Assembly (NCBI GenBank): GCA_015680685.1
Contig: MNCI01003445.1
Coordinates: 359,363 to 423,362 of the forward strand
DNA from: Gnetum montanum
Taxonomy: Eukaryota; Plantae; Gnetophyta
DNA: 64,000 nt
Direction of reading: 5' to 3'
The position numbers and the translations under genes were made by a program. The notes under the pieces are model-generated. The model searched no databases. It was not told the origin of the DNA and worked only from the letters and a program-made list of their open reading frames with translations. Position 1 is the first letter of the stretch. Each line of letters opens with the position of its first letter. Shown in pieces: positions 26,802 through 39,862 of this stretch.

Positions 26802-27065
26802 ATGGAAGTAAGATCTCGGCAATGGCGATGGCTATTCATGGCGATGCTTGTTGCGGCACTCGTAACGAAAGCAGCGGCAAGTGAGGAAGAGAAACAAGAG
26901 GAGAAGGACGAGAGCTTTGATGTGTGGGCCAGTTTTGGAGCAGAGCGGGGATCCGTTATCGAGTTGGATGACAAGAACTTTGAACGAGCTATTGCTTCCG
27001 TTGATCGCATTCTCGTAGACTTCTACGCACCCTGGTGCGGCCACTGCAAACGCCTTTCTCCGGAG
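26802..27065 (+). CDS. PDIL5-2: Protein disulfide isomerase-like 5-2 (PDI8-type), exon 1: signal peptide and thioredoxin a domain
   Basis: Hydrophobic leader, [10 protein letters not shown]...[17 protein letters not shown], then a GT donor at 27066. Confidence 0.93.
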
Positions 27066-27526
27066 GTCGCTTGCTTTTTCCTTTTGACTGTTAGTTACCT
27101 TAATCAATCATATATGTAAAAACCGATTAATTTCCGTTCAAATTCTACGCATATGTTAAAAAGCGATCAATTTCCGTTCAAATTGTATCGCAGATGTAAA
27201 AAAGCGATAAATTTAAAATTTCCATTTAAATTCTCTGTAACTTGTAACATCGATTTGCTCGCTGTCTGTTTGGATTATTGCGCCTGATGCGTTAGCGCGT
27301 ATACACTTCGTAAGGGTAGTTACTAATTGTGACATATTATGGTACAGACTTTAATGTCAGATGAAAATCGAGTTTGGTGCAGAGCACGTCTTGTATAGGC
27401 TATGCTTTCCTTTTATGTGTTTGTGGCTTGGACATTGTACTGGCACTCACTGGACATTTCCTCCTTGAAATTATAAATTTAGCATCGATGTTTCCTATTT
27501 CTAAAATGTCTGATTTCTTCATTCAG

Positions 27527-27630
27527 TTAGATGCTGCTGCTCCTGTCCTGGCCAGAGCGAACATACCGGTCGTTGTCGCAAAATTAAATGCTGATAAATT
27601 CACTAAGCTGGCTTCCAAGTATGATATTGG
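27527..27630 (+). CDS. PDIL5-2: PDIL5-2 exon 2
   Basis: ttcag|LDAAAPVLA...VAKLNADKFTKLASKYDI|gtatgt; phases consistent (0 in, 2 out). Confidence 0.93.
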
Positions 27631-27967
27631 GTATGTATGCTTTGTCAGCGTTAATTATTCATAAACTATTGCTCATGGATTTATTTGAGTATAGAACGAG
27701 GTTTTCCTTGTGGAAATACATGTAGTTCTTCACGGTACCTTATGTGGGCAGTATTCTGTTGCAATATTTTTAAAGTTAATTAGAACCTGTGAATCAAAGT
27801 GTGACAATAAGTTCAATCTTCGAATCAGCGCACCGGTTCTTTCAAATACTCACTTGTAGTATGCCATCTTGCCTTTAATTCACTTAATGTTTCCACCGTG
27901 TGCAAATGCCGGTGTTGGCTTTCTTCGCTAAAATCAGGTTAATAAGATTAATTTATTGCTAATGCAG

Positions 27968-28338
27968 TGGCTACCCAACATTGAAGCTCTTTGTTGATGG
28001 CACACCCACAGAGTACTCAGGGCCTCGAAGAGCTGAATCTCTTGTTTTGCATGTGAAAAAATTGTCAGCTCTTGATCTTATAGTTCTAAATTCTCTTAAT
28101 GAAATCTGGGATTACATAAGATCAGCAGGGAATAAGTTCCCAATATTTATTGGGTTTGGCATGCAGGAATCTATTCTTATAGATCTTGCTAAGGAATATA
28201 AGAAAAGAGCCTGGTTTGCAATAGCCAAATCTGTTACAGATGAAGCAATGGTTGAATTTGATTTTGATAAGACACCAGCTTTATTAGTGTTACGTCCAGA
28301 GCAGAATGAGCAAGACGTATTCTATGGCCCTTTTGAAG
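27968..28338 (+). CDS. PDIL5-2: PDIL5-2 exon 3
   Basis: tgcag|GYPTLKLFVDG..YSGPR...FPIFIGFG...FYGPFE|gt; phase 2 in, 1 out. Confidence 0.93.
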
Positions 28339-28511
28339 GTTAACTTTTGAAACATAAATCTTTCCACAACTGTTAGCAATAAGGTTTTCTATTCAAATTG
28401 TTCAATAACTTATGTAACGGCTATATTTATTGTAGGGATCCATTTATTTATTAAGTATTCCATGAAATGAGTTTTTATTTTACCTTTTTCCTAACACATC
28501 TTATGAAGCAG

Positions 28512-28816
28512 GAGAATTTTTACAGCCTTTCATCGATCAAAGCTTGCTTCCACTCTGTGTTTCCATGAGACATGAGACATTAAACCTACTAAAGGATGAT
28601 AAAAGGCCTATTGTGCTAACAATCATGAAAGATGAGACAGAAGAAGCATCACTTCAGTTAATTAAGACATTGAAAGCTGCTGCATCTGCTAACCGTGACT
28701 TGGTATTTGCGTATGTTGGGATGAAGCAATGGGATGAATTGGCTAATAGTTTTAATGCTGTGGATACCAAACTGCCAATGATCATATTATGGAATGGTGA
28801 TTTAGAATATTACATT
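28512..28816 (+). CDS. PDIL5-2: PDIL5-2 exon 4 (b' domain)
   Basis: gcag|EFLQPFIDQSLLP...LKAAASANRDLVFAYVG...WNGDLEYYI|gtaagt. Confidence 0.92.
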
Positions 28817-30859
28817 GTAAGTGGTTACTTTTCTGAGGATATTCTTCAATTTTGTCTATGTAAACATTTTAACATTTTAGTACACGACTGTAAGATTTCT
28901 CTTTGAATTCAATAGTTTTGTTGCTGCTTTTTTTCCTTTCCGGGTGCTTGCCACTCTGCATTTTTTATCAGTTGTTACATGTGATCCATAAATTGGGACA
29001 TTAGAATCTGCATAATTAATTTAAGCAGTTCCCATAATTTGTTGTGGTTATTCTAGGCGTTATTAGAAATATATGCTACAAGGCTGTACAATAAGTTAGA
29101 TTTAGCAAGAATGACATGAACATTCTTTGATTGGCAATGTTGTCTAACTTCTTGAATTTTGGTGGACATCTTAGAAGCTTCAGAGGAAAACTACAAATCA
29201 AAATGCTCATGAGTAAGGATGGTGAAGACTGCTGAAATCTTCGAATATATGCCTCTAAAAATCAGGGTTTTAAAAAATACAGGAAATGCAATTGCGTAGG
29301 GGATGAAACCAAACTCTTCTCTGAATATAGTTGTGAAGGCATAGAAACAATTTGAAGCAAGAACTTGAGGCAAACATAATACAATATTTATTTCTAGCAA
29401 GGAATTATGATAGAAAGTTCTGAAAGCTGTAGAGTGAGAATTTGGAATCCCTTGATATGAACATCATGTGGAAGTAACGCAAGTGACAAAATATTTGCTG
29501 AAGTTTTTGGAGTTCAAATTAATCATTTACTTTGAAAGTAATTTTAGGTAGTGATCTAACTGGACTACATGTTACTATCAAGAAAATTTACATTTAGGAA
29601 CACTAGAACCGTACTTGGATTACATATAATGGAAAAATTATGCTCTAAAGTGTTAACCCTCATTTCTCTGTGCAGATGTGAAGTGGCAAGCTTAACGTTA
29701 ACATTGTATATTTTTCTTTGTTTTGAAATGTACTGAAAATGAAGAATTTCGTTTGTGATAAGTGATTACAGTTCGATATTGGTTGGCAGGTCAGCCGATT
29801 GAAATGGCATGGCACATGGATGTTGAGTTTTATTGTCTTGATTTGGTGGAGAACAAAGTTAGTACCTATTGATGTTGTGCCAATATAATTGCCAGGATTA
29901 AAGCCCTAGGAAATTTATTCATAGGTTTTTTTCGGAAGGAATTGAGCATCCCTTTATTAGGCTTGCAAATTCTTAGAGGTTTTATAACTACTCTTGCATG
30001 TAAGTGACTGGTTGTTCATAATGTTCATTGGCCTAGAGATAAAAAGGTGGAAAAGCTTTCTAGTAAAATGGGGGTTTATTTTATCATATTTGATTTTTTT
30101 AAAAATTGATTTTTTCCCAATGTTAATGTTTCCAGGTGTGTTAGAAGGTCATAGATCTGAAATATACTTGGCACTTTCCTCACAATAAGAGGTTCTGTTT
30201 TTGCAACATGTCTTAAAATATGAAACCAAAGTATTTTATTATGTCCATGTGGAGACCACAAGAGCCAAGAGTGTCTTGGATAGAGTTAAGTTTCAGCAAT
30301 TTCTTTTGCATAATTCCAGTATATTTCATTGTAACATATTAGGATTAAACATGGTCACAATTCTTATCAACAAGCTGCATCTTATTTATTCAAGCTTTGC
30401 TACTTTCCTTAGTATAAGAGTTTGCATTCTCACTTTACAGTTTCTACTTTTTTTGGTTGGAAAGTCAGGAGTATATATTAATAAGTGAGTGAAGGTACAA
30501 CCAAAAATGCCATGGCATTCATCATGGCATTAAGAACAGAATAGTTGAAACAAAGTCAGACAAAATAAGCAGGAAAACAACAAAACCTTGAAAAAATTGC
30601 CAAGACTGACCAGTTCCCAAACAAAATTATAACAACAGCTTATGCACATATATAATTAATGAATATTAGAAAAAAAAATCAAAACAGACAGTACACCCCA
30701 TTACAGAATTGAGGCCTGCCCCAAGAATATGGGACAATTATGCTTTTCTGGCATCCTGCTGTTAGTGAGGTTGTGTTGGTGTCCACGTGGCTCAAAGCTT
30801 ACACCTTAATATCGTCATCCTCTGTCCAAATATTGAGGCATGCAAGGAAGAATTTATCA

Positions 30860-31540
30860 TGCCAAGAAAATAGTCTTTGCCTGCTGTTCTCTTCAATGGC
30901 CTATATTGTACTATTGATGAGTTTGAGGCATTCATCATCATCTCCCTTATCTGGGTGGTTTGTGGCCCTCAATTTTCTTCCTTTTTTAATGATCTGGTCA
31001 TCATCAGCACAGTGGGCAATTTTAAAGACCTAAAAAGGGCAAATAGTTTGGGTGAGCTCTTGTAGATTTTTCATCTACAGTCTCCATTCTTCAGCTTGTT
31101 TCTTCTTCAATTCCTTCCCTTGTTCCTGAGATCAAGGCTGATGCTGATGCTGTGCAGAAGTCCTTTGTGAAGGAGCAGGGGATGATGGCAGTATTGAATG
31201 GTTTTTTCTAGATGCCTGGTTTTCAGAATTCTGTGAATGTGGAGGAGGTTCATTCTTAGGCTGTGAGGAAGGCTAGGAAGGTACTAGCTTCCAAATAGGC
31301 TGCAAAGTCCATAGGACATGTTCAACTCTTCCTTGGCAGTCTAGAGTTTGTAGGTGCTAGAAAAAAATTCACCATGTAAACTCAGAATCTTCATCCTACT
31401 TTTTTCATCTTCCAACACCTGGACCACATTCTGAACCAATTTACGCCTGTTGAGATTGCTCTTTGACCTTCTGGTAGCTAAGAGAATTGTATTTCCTTTG
31501 GCAAGGTGGGTGATCTCAAGGATCTGATACATACAAATGA
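30860..31540 (-). pseudogene. Two tandem J-domain (DnaJ-like) repeats downstream of the L1 RT
   Basis: J2: ICPF*VFKIAHCADDDQIIKKGRKLRATNHPDKGDDDECLKLINSTI*AIEENSR. J1: ICMYQILEITHLAKGNTILLATRRSKSNLNRRKLVQNVVQVLEDEKSR. Confidence 0.7.
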
Positions 31541-32047
31541 AGTTCTTGTAGTACGTCTTCCTTGTGATATCCCTCAAATGATCCATTTTCTCTTGGTTCA
31601 AAATATCTTCGTCCATCTGCATTGGTTCAGAAAATGTTTGTAAGACTTGTTCATGCCATATTGTTTCTCAAGTGGATGCATCCAAAGGTGTATCCATAAG
31701 AATCCCCTCATGATCAAAAGGGGACCCACTGGATGGTTGTGCAGTGGAAGCTGATGGCATATTCCAATGAGAAACTTGGTTTACGAACAGCAGGAGAGGA
31801 ATTCTCTCTCTATGACAGTCCAAGGTTACAATTAGAACTAATACTACTTGTATCTTACCCATAGAATGTTGACCAAGGAGGGCAAACAAGGTTGAGGGAT
31901 GAGTAGGTGACTATGTGGGTGAAGGAAGTGATAAGGCATAAGAAGCAGGACTAAAAGAGGGGGTGAGGGTTTGGTGGGCACAGAAAGGAAGGTGTATGGT
32001 AGAAGCAGGACAACAAGAAAAGTGGGAGGATTGAGGGGATAGGCAAG

Positions 32048-32354
32048 TTTGTGGAGAGGGGGAAGACCAAAAGGATAGGGACATTTGTGGAGAGGGGGAA
32101 GACCAAAAGGATAGGGACATTTGTGGAGAGGGGGAAGACCAAAAGGATAGGGACATTTGTGGAGAGGGGGAAGACCAAAAGGATAGGGACATTTGTGGAG
32201 AGGGGGAAGACCAAAAGGATAGGGACATTTGTGGAGAGGGGGAAGACCAAAAGGATAGGGACATTTGTGGAGAGGGGGAAGACCAAAAGGATAGGGACAT
32301 TTGTGGAGAGGGGGAAGACCAAAAGGATAGGGACATTTGTGGAGAGGGGGAAGA
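32048..32354 (+). repeat. Perfect 36-bp minisatellite, about 8.5 copies
   Basis: Unit TTTGTGGAGAGGGGGAAGACCAAAAGGATAGGGACA repeated with no mismatch seen. Confidence 0.97.
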
Positions 32355-32367
32355 AAGAAAGGCCCTC

Positions 32368-33973
32368 TGTTAGAGTTTTGTTTTATGTCTCTTGGACAAC
32401 TCTAATTTACTAGGACCTAAAAGTAGTTGTACTCAAAGTGATGATCATAAACATTGGTTTTAATATTATCATAGTATTTAATATTTTTCATACAATTTAG
32501 AGTATTTTATGATCTCTTATGATCTCATAATACATAATTAGCATTCCAATAATATTTTTTTTATAGGCTAGTACTAATTGTAACCTTTTAATGTTGTAGA
32601 CAAGACACAGGTTGTGTTGGTTCTAGTGCACTTCATTGTAACACTTATTCTTTAGGGCTTCTTCCTACTCTAGATTTGCTTAATGACTTCTTCATCCTTT
32701 GGTGAATCGTAACTAACCTTGATAGTGTTACGACTTTTACATTGAACTTGAGTTCTTTTGTCATCGTGGGTTCTTTGACTCTCTTTCAATGCTACTTAGT
32801 TTTATGTGGGTTGGGCTCTTACGAACTTCTTCAGAAATCCATAGCTAGATAGGTACAACTATTTCACTCTTCACTTAGAGATCTCCATCTTCATAACCAT
32901 TTTTGCATTTCACTAAATTTTAGTTCTCACCAAGGATTGACTTATGAACTTATTGTGCTTATTGTCTTCAATCTAGTCCTCCATGCTCTTGGCTCCTTTT
33001 GGATGTCGGGAACTTTCCAAACTCACAGTTCAAGAATATTTACTTTACAACTATATTTCTTGTACTTTATGAAATCTTCAATTGATCCTATACAAAATTG
33101 GACCGATGTCTTCAATTGGCTCTACCTTGGTTTCCATTTATCTTAACCAAGTATTCTTCTTCAGAGCATGCTATTGTTGGTGCTTCTTCTTCCTTATTGT
33201 ATTTATGACATGTTGATCCTAGACCTTGTATGTTCTATGATCGATCTTCCTTTCTTCTTTTCATCTTACTAGTTCTTACTTCATTTTTTTCATCCTTGAT
33301 CCATATCATATAATCTTCAGGCTCTCTCTTCTTATGTTTTGTAAATCATCATCATAACCTTTCATGAATGGTTGCAACTCTTGTGGGGCTCCTTAAGTTA
33401 GGATGGTTATATTTGAGAAACTAATGGTTGTGACAGGTACTGATTTGGTTGCATATCTATGATTCAATGTGAGGGTTTGGATTACTCATGTAACCTATTA
33501 ACATTTTATGGTGCTTGACTTAAATAGTTAGTGAGCCTTCTTTTATTTGGTATATGACCTACAACCTTCTTTTAAAGTTTGTATCCCAAAGGGCTTTCTT
33601 GGTGGGGTAGTGAAAGTGCTATAGACCCTCTGCCAACCATCCATTGTGGCAGTGGCGAGGCACATTTGATAACCAAGGAGATAGGCATGAACCATACTTG
33701 TTGTGGAATATGGAAAGGGACTTACTGGTCCTACTTTGTTTGGGATATCCAATTCTATGATGGTCTTCATTTCTTTTTTTCATTTTACAAGTTCATAATC
33801 CATCTTTTTCATTCTTGACCCATGTCATACAATTTTTGGCTTATTCTTCTTATATTTCCTAAATTATCATAACTTTTCATTAATGTTCGTAACTCTCCTA
33901 GGGCTCCTTAACTTATGATGGTTATATTTGAGAAACTAATGATTGTACACTATTTTATGATTATATTCTAACA
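32368..33973. mobile_element. Solo LTR (or internally deleted LTR element) inserted in the L1
   Basis: TGTTAGA...TCTAACA termini; TSD CCCTC/CCTTC; internal about 90-bp direct repeat (33340-33430, 33860-33945); no ORF. Confidence 0.7.
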
Positions 33974-36900
33974 CCTTCATAGATGATGCAAGGTATAAGG
34001 AAAGGGAACCTTAAGGTCTAAGAGGAACTAGGGAAGAAGGCATAAATGATTGAGGATAGGAAGGTGCTAAGTAGCCAATAGAAGAGTAGGAAACCTGAGA
34101 ATGTGGGTGAGTAAAACCCTTCCAAGGAAATTGAGCACAAGGGCTCAAGATCATATGAGACAAGAGGCCAAGGATGAACGATTGGTGTGGGTCTGAAAAG
34201 CTATAGAACAATCTTGTTTATACTTTCTAGATTGACCCATAGTGGAGCCAAGCAAGACCCATTGATGAGGTTGAAACAATGTCCATGTGAGGTGCATCAT
34301 CTTAGGAAACATGCCAAATGGTCAAAACAAGGTTGGAATGCCTTATCGTATCATGTTGCTACAAAATGTCAACAAAAACTTGTTAAAATTCACTTGTATT
34401 TGGCTATGAAGTGTCTGAAGTAAAAAAGAAATGTGATTTAGTAAGTTTTGATTGGGATTCAATTTGGACAAAGTAGTGATCAACCGTGTTTGTGATATTC
34501 CTTCAAGGCTCTTGTAAAGTGGACTTAAGAATATGTCCACATGGTACTGATTTTTTGCCATGTGGAAAGAAAAGTGTGGAAGCGTATTTGCTTTTGCTAC
34601 TAATGGTGAAGATAGCTTTGTTCAAGGGTAGACAAAGGAGCTTTGCAATGGCATCCACAATTATTGAAATATGCATGTTCCTAAAAAGCAGTATACCACT
34701 GTGCCAATTACTGTAGCATTCATTTGTATTGCATCTAACATTGCCTTTAAGGGGTTTGAGGATGGTGTCCCAATGGAGGATGTAGATGGAAGCCCAAAGC
34801 TCAATAAGGGTTGGGTATTTGTTGAGGGAATTGGGTTCAATGGTGGGCATTTTCTCCTTGGCTATTTGAAACTAGCACTTCTGAATGTGATTGGCAAGCT
34901 GTGTTGGTTTCATCAATGATGCAGAGGAGAACAATACATTTGTTTTTAACATTTTAGATTGTTCAAATTCTGACGCCAGGGAGCAAGCCTCTTCCCAAAA
35001 TCCTCAAATTGTGTAGGCTGATAATGATTGCTCTTAATGCTAGCTGGGGTCCATTTCTTACGACTTTTGACATTTAGTAAACCTATTTTGAAACTCCTGT
35101 TTACATGCATGAAAATCATACTTCTATCCGATAATCCATGTCCTCCTAACATAGATTTTGACCTACTTAAGGCCCTATGTGAGAAATTTAGCAAGCATGT
35201 TACTGTGGTCATGGGTGCCCTAGATCTAACATATATGGTCCCTAAGAGAGTCCTTGCTCAACCAACATCTTTCAAAATGAAACTTGCCTTTGAAGATCCC
35301 TCAAAGAGACACTGTAATCTGCCAAGGTATTGTCATGAATGCTTTGTCAATATGTGTTTGAATTAGGGCCTTGCCTTGACTGTGATTTGGCCAATTATAC
35401 GTGTATCTCATTAACTCTAGATCATCTAGTTGGAATTTATGCATGTAATTCTCAAATAGTTGAGCATCACTCTATCTCTATCTGTAATTTCCTTGTCTTT
35501 TTCCATTTGAAAAGACATTGATTTAAGTCGCCTGCGGTAATCCATGGGCAATGATTCTGTCATAATATGTCAGTCTTAGTTAATATTTGAATTCTGTCAA
35601 CAGCCAACTCTTATTTTTGTACTTTGAAAAGTTCTTATTTTTAAAGCCAAATCTTTGTACTTTGAAACGTTCTTCTTTTTGTTTTTAGAAGGTCATGTTG
35701 CTTGTAATACGTAGTCATTTTTGTAATATTATCTTTATTTTATAAAGTGGAATCTATAAGGTTCCTAATAAAACATGAAAAAGTAAACTTAGAAAGTTCT
35801 AGAGGGATGTAGAAACACTTTTCAAGGGCTATAAAGGAAGACTGGTTGTATGTGTTTGATGCATTTCTTGGAGCTTGGATGCCTGTTCTACTTGAAGATT
35901 GGTTTGCCCTTGTTTGCTTTAATACAAGAGGTTTGCATTGCTTTCTTGTGGTTTTTCCCTATGGGGGTTTTCATCTAAATCTTGGTAAGTAGTTTTAGTG
36001 ATATACAAGAACTGGTATCAAAGTCACAATTGAGAAGCAACGGAGCATTTGCAAACATAGATATGTTAGTAGGTGCAGAAAATTAGAATGTTTGGAAGAT
36101 TATTATGGAGGACATTCTCTGCCAGAAGGAGTGTGATATTGTGTTACAAACAAATAATGAGACAGGCATTTTTATGTAATTTGTTACACATGGAAACACG
36201 AACAGACAGAATTGAAAGTAAAAAGTCTTCCTTCAGATAATGGAGTTGAATACATCTCACGACATTTCTAATTTTTGTTCTAAAAAGGGAATAATCCATG
36301 TGCGTACCAACCCAAAAATACAACAAAAAAATGAAGTGGTATAGGGGTGTAGGAAAACGTTATCAAATAATGGAGGTTAATACGTTTTATGATTTTCTGA
36401 TAAATATACATCCCCAAAATGGAGTGGCAGAGAGGTGTAATAGAACATTATTGGAACATGCAAGGAGTGTGGTGGTTGGAGCACATTTATCAAAAACATT
36501 TTGGATTGAGGCAGCAAGCATTGCTGCATTTCTCATTAACAAGCCATCCCATTCAGTTTTGATGGAAAAATTCTAGAGTTTGTATTAGCTTTCAATGCAA
36601 AAATTCTAGAGATTGCCTAAAGAGGAAACATCTCTTTTAAGCACTTCGAGTTTTTGGTTGTAAAGCATATGTTCATGTGAAAATCCAATAGCTCCAAGTT
36701 GGATAACAAGGTACGTAGATGTATTTTTGTTGGATATGGTAGCAATCTTGGCGATAGATTTTGGGACCCTATTTCTAAACAAGTAATCATATCCAAAGAT
36801 GTAATCTTTAGAGAAGATTATTTATTTTATCCCAAGTATCCTAAGGATCAAGTTGGGAAAAATTTTGATTCAAATGTTCCATAGAATGAGTCTATGATAT

Positions 36901-38865
36901 GTCTTGCTTATGACAATGATGATGGTAAGCAGCATGAAGCTATTGATGAAAGCAATACACCATTTTCACAAGGTGTATTAAGTGACCATGAAGATAGAAA
37001 ACAAGAACATTTAATAGAAAGGGAAGAATTTGTTGGAATTGAAGAAGATGATGTTCAAACATGATGAACATTAAATAAGGTAAGTACGATATCGTAGTTG
37101 CAAAATGCTATTGTAGATGTTATGTATTTGGGATTGGTAATGCCTATAGATACCACTCAATCATTGCACTTAAATAACTTTTTTGTCCACCTTTAGTTGA
37201 ACTTTTGCAATATCTTTCTGTGAATCTTAGAGTTCATGACTGCCTACAGTGTGATCTAAAGTGATTGTACAATGCCTTTATTTGAGTGAGATATATGTGG
37301 ACACATTTTATGGCTGGAAATAAAGATTGAGATAATTTCTGATCATTGTAACATGTTGCTTAGCATAGACATACATTTCCATTGTATTTTAATACTCTCG
37401 GAAATAAGTGCAACCAATCTTAAGCATAAAGTGTAATTGTTTGGTAACTTAGTAGTGATATCACTTAGTATGCCTACTAGTGACGTTTCTTGGTAATCCC
37501 TTTGGCAATTATACAAACCTAAGACATGTACAAGAAGTTGGGAGCAGATACTTATCACGACTAAGTTAATATAGGATTTACTTTTAGTATCACTTATTTT
37601 AAGTAGTTGAGCAATTACTTACTATGTTTTCCTTTAGCTTATCATAGCCAAAAAATATTACTACATCATATACCTCATTGTGAGTTAAACCATACAAATT
37701 AAGCACAGTTAACTCAAAAGTGAGAAGATGATGATCAACGATCACACATTAACTCTCTAGAGAAAATATTAACCCATCTACGGATTATGATCATGTTGCA
37801 TGCAACACATGTGTAATTTGTATGGTTGGGCATTGGGAACTTTCACTGCTCATCATTAGCATTGTTGCCAGCAATGGTGTCAGTATTCTAGTTAGTTGAT
37901 GATATACAAGATTGTTGTACTAAATCTTCATGATTCATCTTTCAAGAAATAAAATATTCTCTAAAACACACACAAAGTTAACTGATCAAATATGGCTTTT
38001 ACACACAAAAGTATTTTCTCAGCTACTGATAACATTGATGAGGGTAATGATAAAATTTGTATTGAGGATACCTAGAATGGACAGATGCAAACAAGAATCT
38101 CCTATGCTCCCCCTGATCCTTATTATCTTGAATTTACATTCATTTTTTTTTATATAAAGATGGATAGTTTAGATGGAAAGACTTGCAGGGCAACATATGT
38201 TGCCACCTAATCAACCAACTCCATCTATGCTTTAAGTTGCTCAATTGAGATATGGTCTTGGTCACATCCATGAAGGCTATCAGGTTACAAAGAAAATGAC
38301 TAGAGTTGATTAGCCAACAGAAGCACAAGCTAGATGAGATGCTATCATTAAGGCCATACATAAGCATGCCAAGGGCAAACATATATCTTACTTAATAGTA
38401 CCATTGAAAAAGGAAGATGTAGAGTATTGGTCTGAAAAGTCTTATCATTACTGATCAACCTCTTGACCTCCTGTTTTGAACATTGAAGACTCCATGTATC
38501 AAAGAGTGCATTCAGTTTTGGTAGATACTCCTAAAATAGATGGAACTAATCCTAAAGCAAGGAGGAACTCAAGGTCTAAAATATCCAATAGAACTACAAG
38601 GGAAGAACCAAGGGACTATAAAATGCAAGCAGGCTAGCACAATTGTCCCGGTTCTCCATCCTGTTCATCACCCTCTATAACAAGCTTTGATGAAGACAAA
38701 TGTAGACCTTGGGATAGACAACTAGGCAGGAATGGAAGAAGAGATCAAGATAGACAGCTTGGGAGAGGTAGGAATTATGATGGAGAGGATGATGAAGATA
38801 GAGAAAGAGAACGTAAGTGTAGAAGAAAATATGATGAGAAGCATTGAAAGGGCCATCACTACTAC

Positions 38866-39862
38866 CAGTGGTTAAAAAGTGGTGATTTTTGCCACTTTGG
38901 GAAAAGTTGCTGACTTTTCATGATGAAAAGTCACCAATTTGGTGTGACTTTTTTTGCCAACTTTCTTGAAAAATTCCTTTAATTATAATAAAATATTTAT
39001 AATTTATTCCAGTTGAAAAGAAGTAAATTTAGAATTCTTCAATCTTCATAAAAGTTAAAAAACTTAATTAAAATTAATTAACAAGCTTCTTCTTTTACTC
39101 ATAAGCCTCAAAGGATTTATAATGTACAAATTAATGATTAAGATGACTTTTTCACAAATTTGTATAATGTGATCAATCCTACAGTTTGTGTGATATTGAT
39201 GATGATTACATTCCTAATGAAGATGTAAATGACATGGCTAAAATGAGCTGATTTATTCTGTAGATGAGAAGTTTGCAACCATAGTAGCTAATGTATCTTT
39301 AAAGTGGATTTAGAAAAGGAGCCTTTGTGATAACCATGAATGAATATTTAGAATTGGAGCAAGATGGACAAGCATTTGGAGCTGCATGAGTGGATATTGA
39401 AGAAATAATTCAAGAAGCTTAATTTTATTGAAGAAAAAGAAAGATGGAGCTTTACCAAACATACTAATGGATGCATCTGATTCATAGCTACTTTGTTGCA
39501 TTATGTGTAATATATTATAAGCATTTTACAGTTAGGCATTAATGTAACATGCTTTATCTTTCTTAGACTTTGTTGGAGTATGGTTTTGTGAACAATTGAG
39601 CTTTAATACTATTTAAACTTATACTAATCTAGTTTGCAACTTCATATATTGATTATGTTTTTTGTTAACATGTTGTTAGTTTCTGTCTTTATTTGTGTTG
39701 TCTATATTTATCATTCATTCTTCTATGATGTGCAATATGAAACCTCTAAGATTTTTCCTTTTTAAACATGCTGACTTTTTCCCAAATGTTTGCCGACTTT
39801 TAAAATTTTCTAATCTTTTCAAGAAGTCAAAAAATTGTTTTGCCAACCTTTTTTAATCACCG
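38866..39862. mobile_element. Non-autonomous hAT-type DNA transposon inserted in the Athila gag
   Basis: TIR-like ends CAGTGGTTAAAAA / TTTTTAATCACCG; 8-bp TSD ACTACTAC/GCTACTAC; subterminal GACTTTT motifs at both ends. Confidence 0.75.

Noticed and set aside
32048-32354. CRISPR-like array (36-bp repeats)
   Set aside because: The repeats are head-to-tail with no spacers, no cas genes are present and the context is eukaryotic.
31911-32413. ORFs with 12-aa repeats on both strands
   Set aside because: A by-product of a stop-free 36-bp minisatellite.
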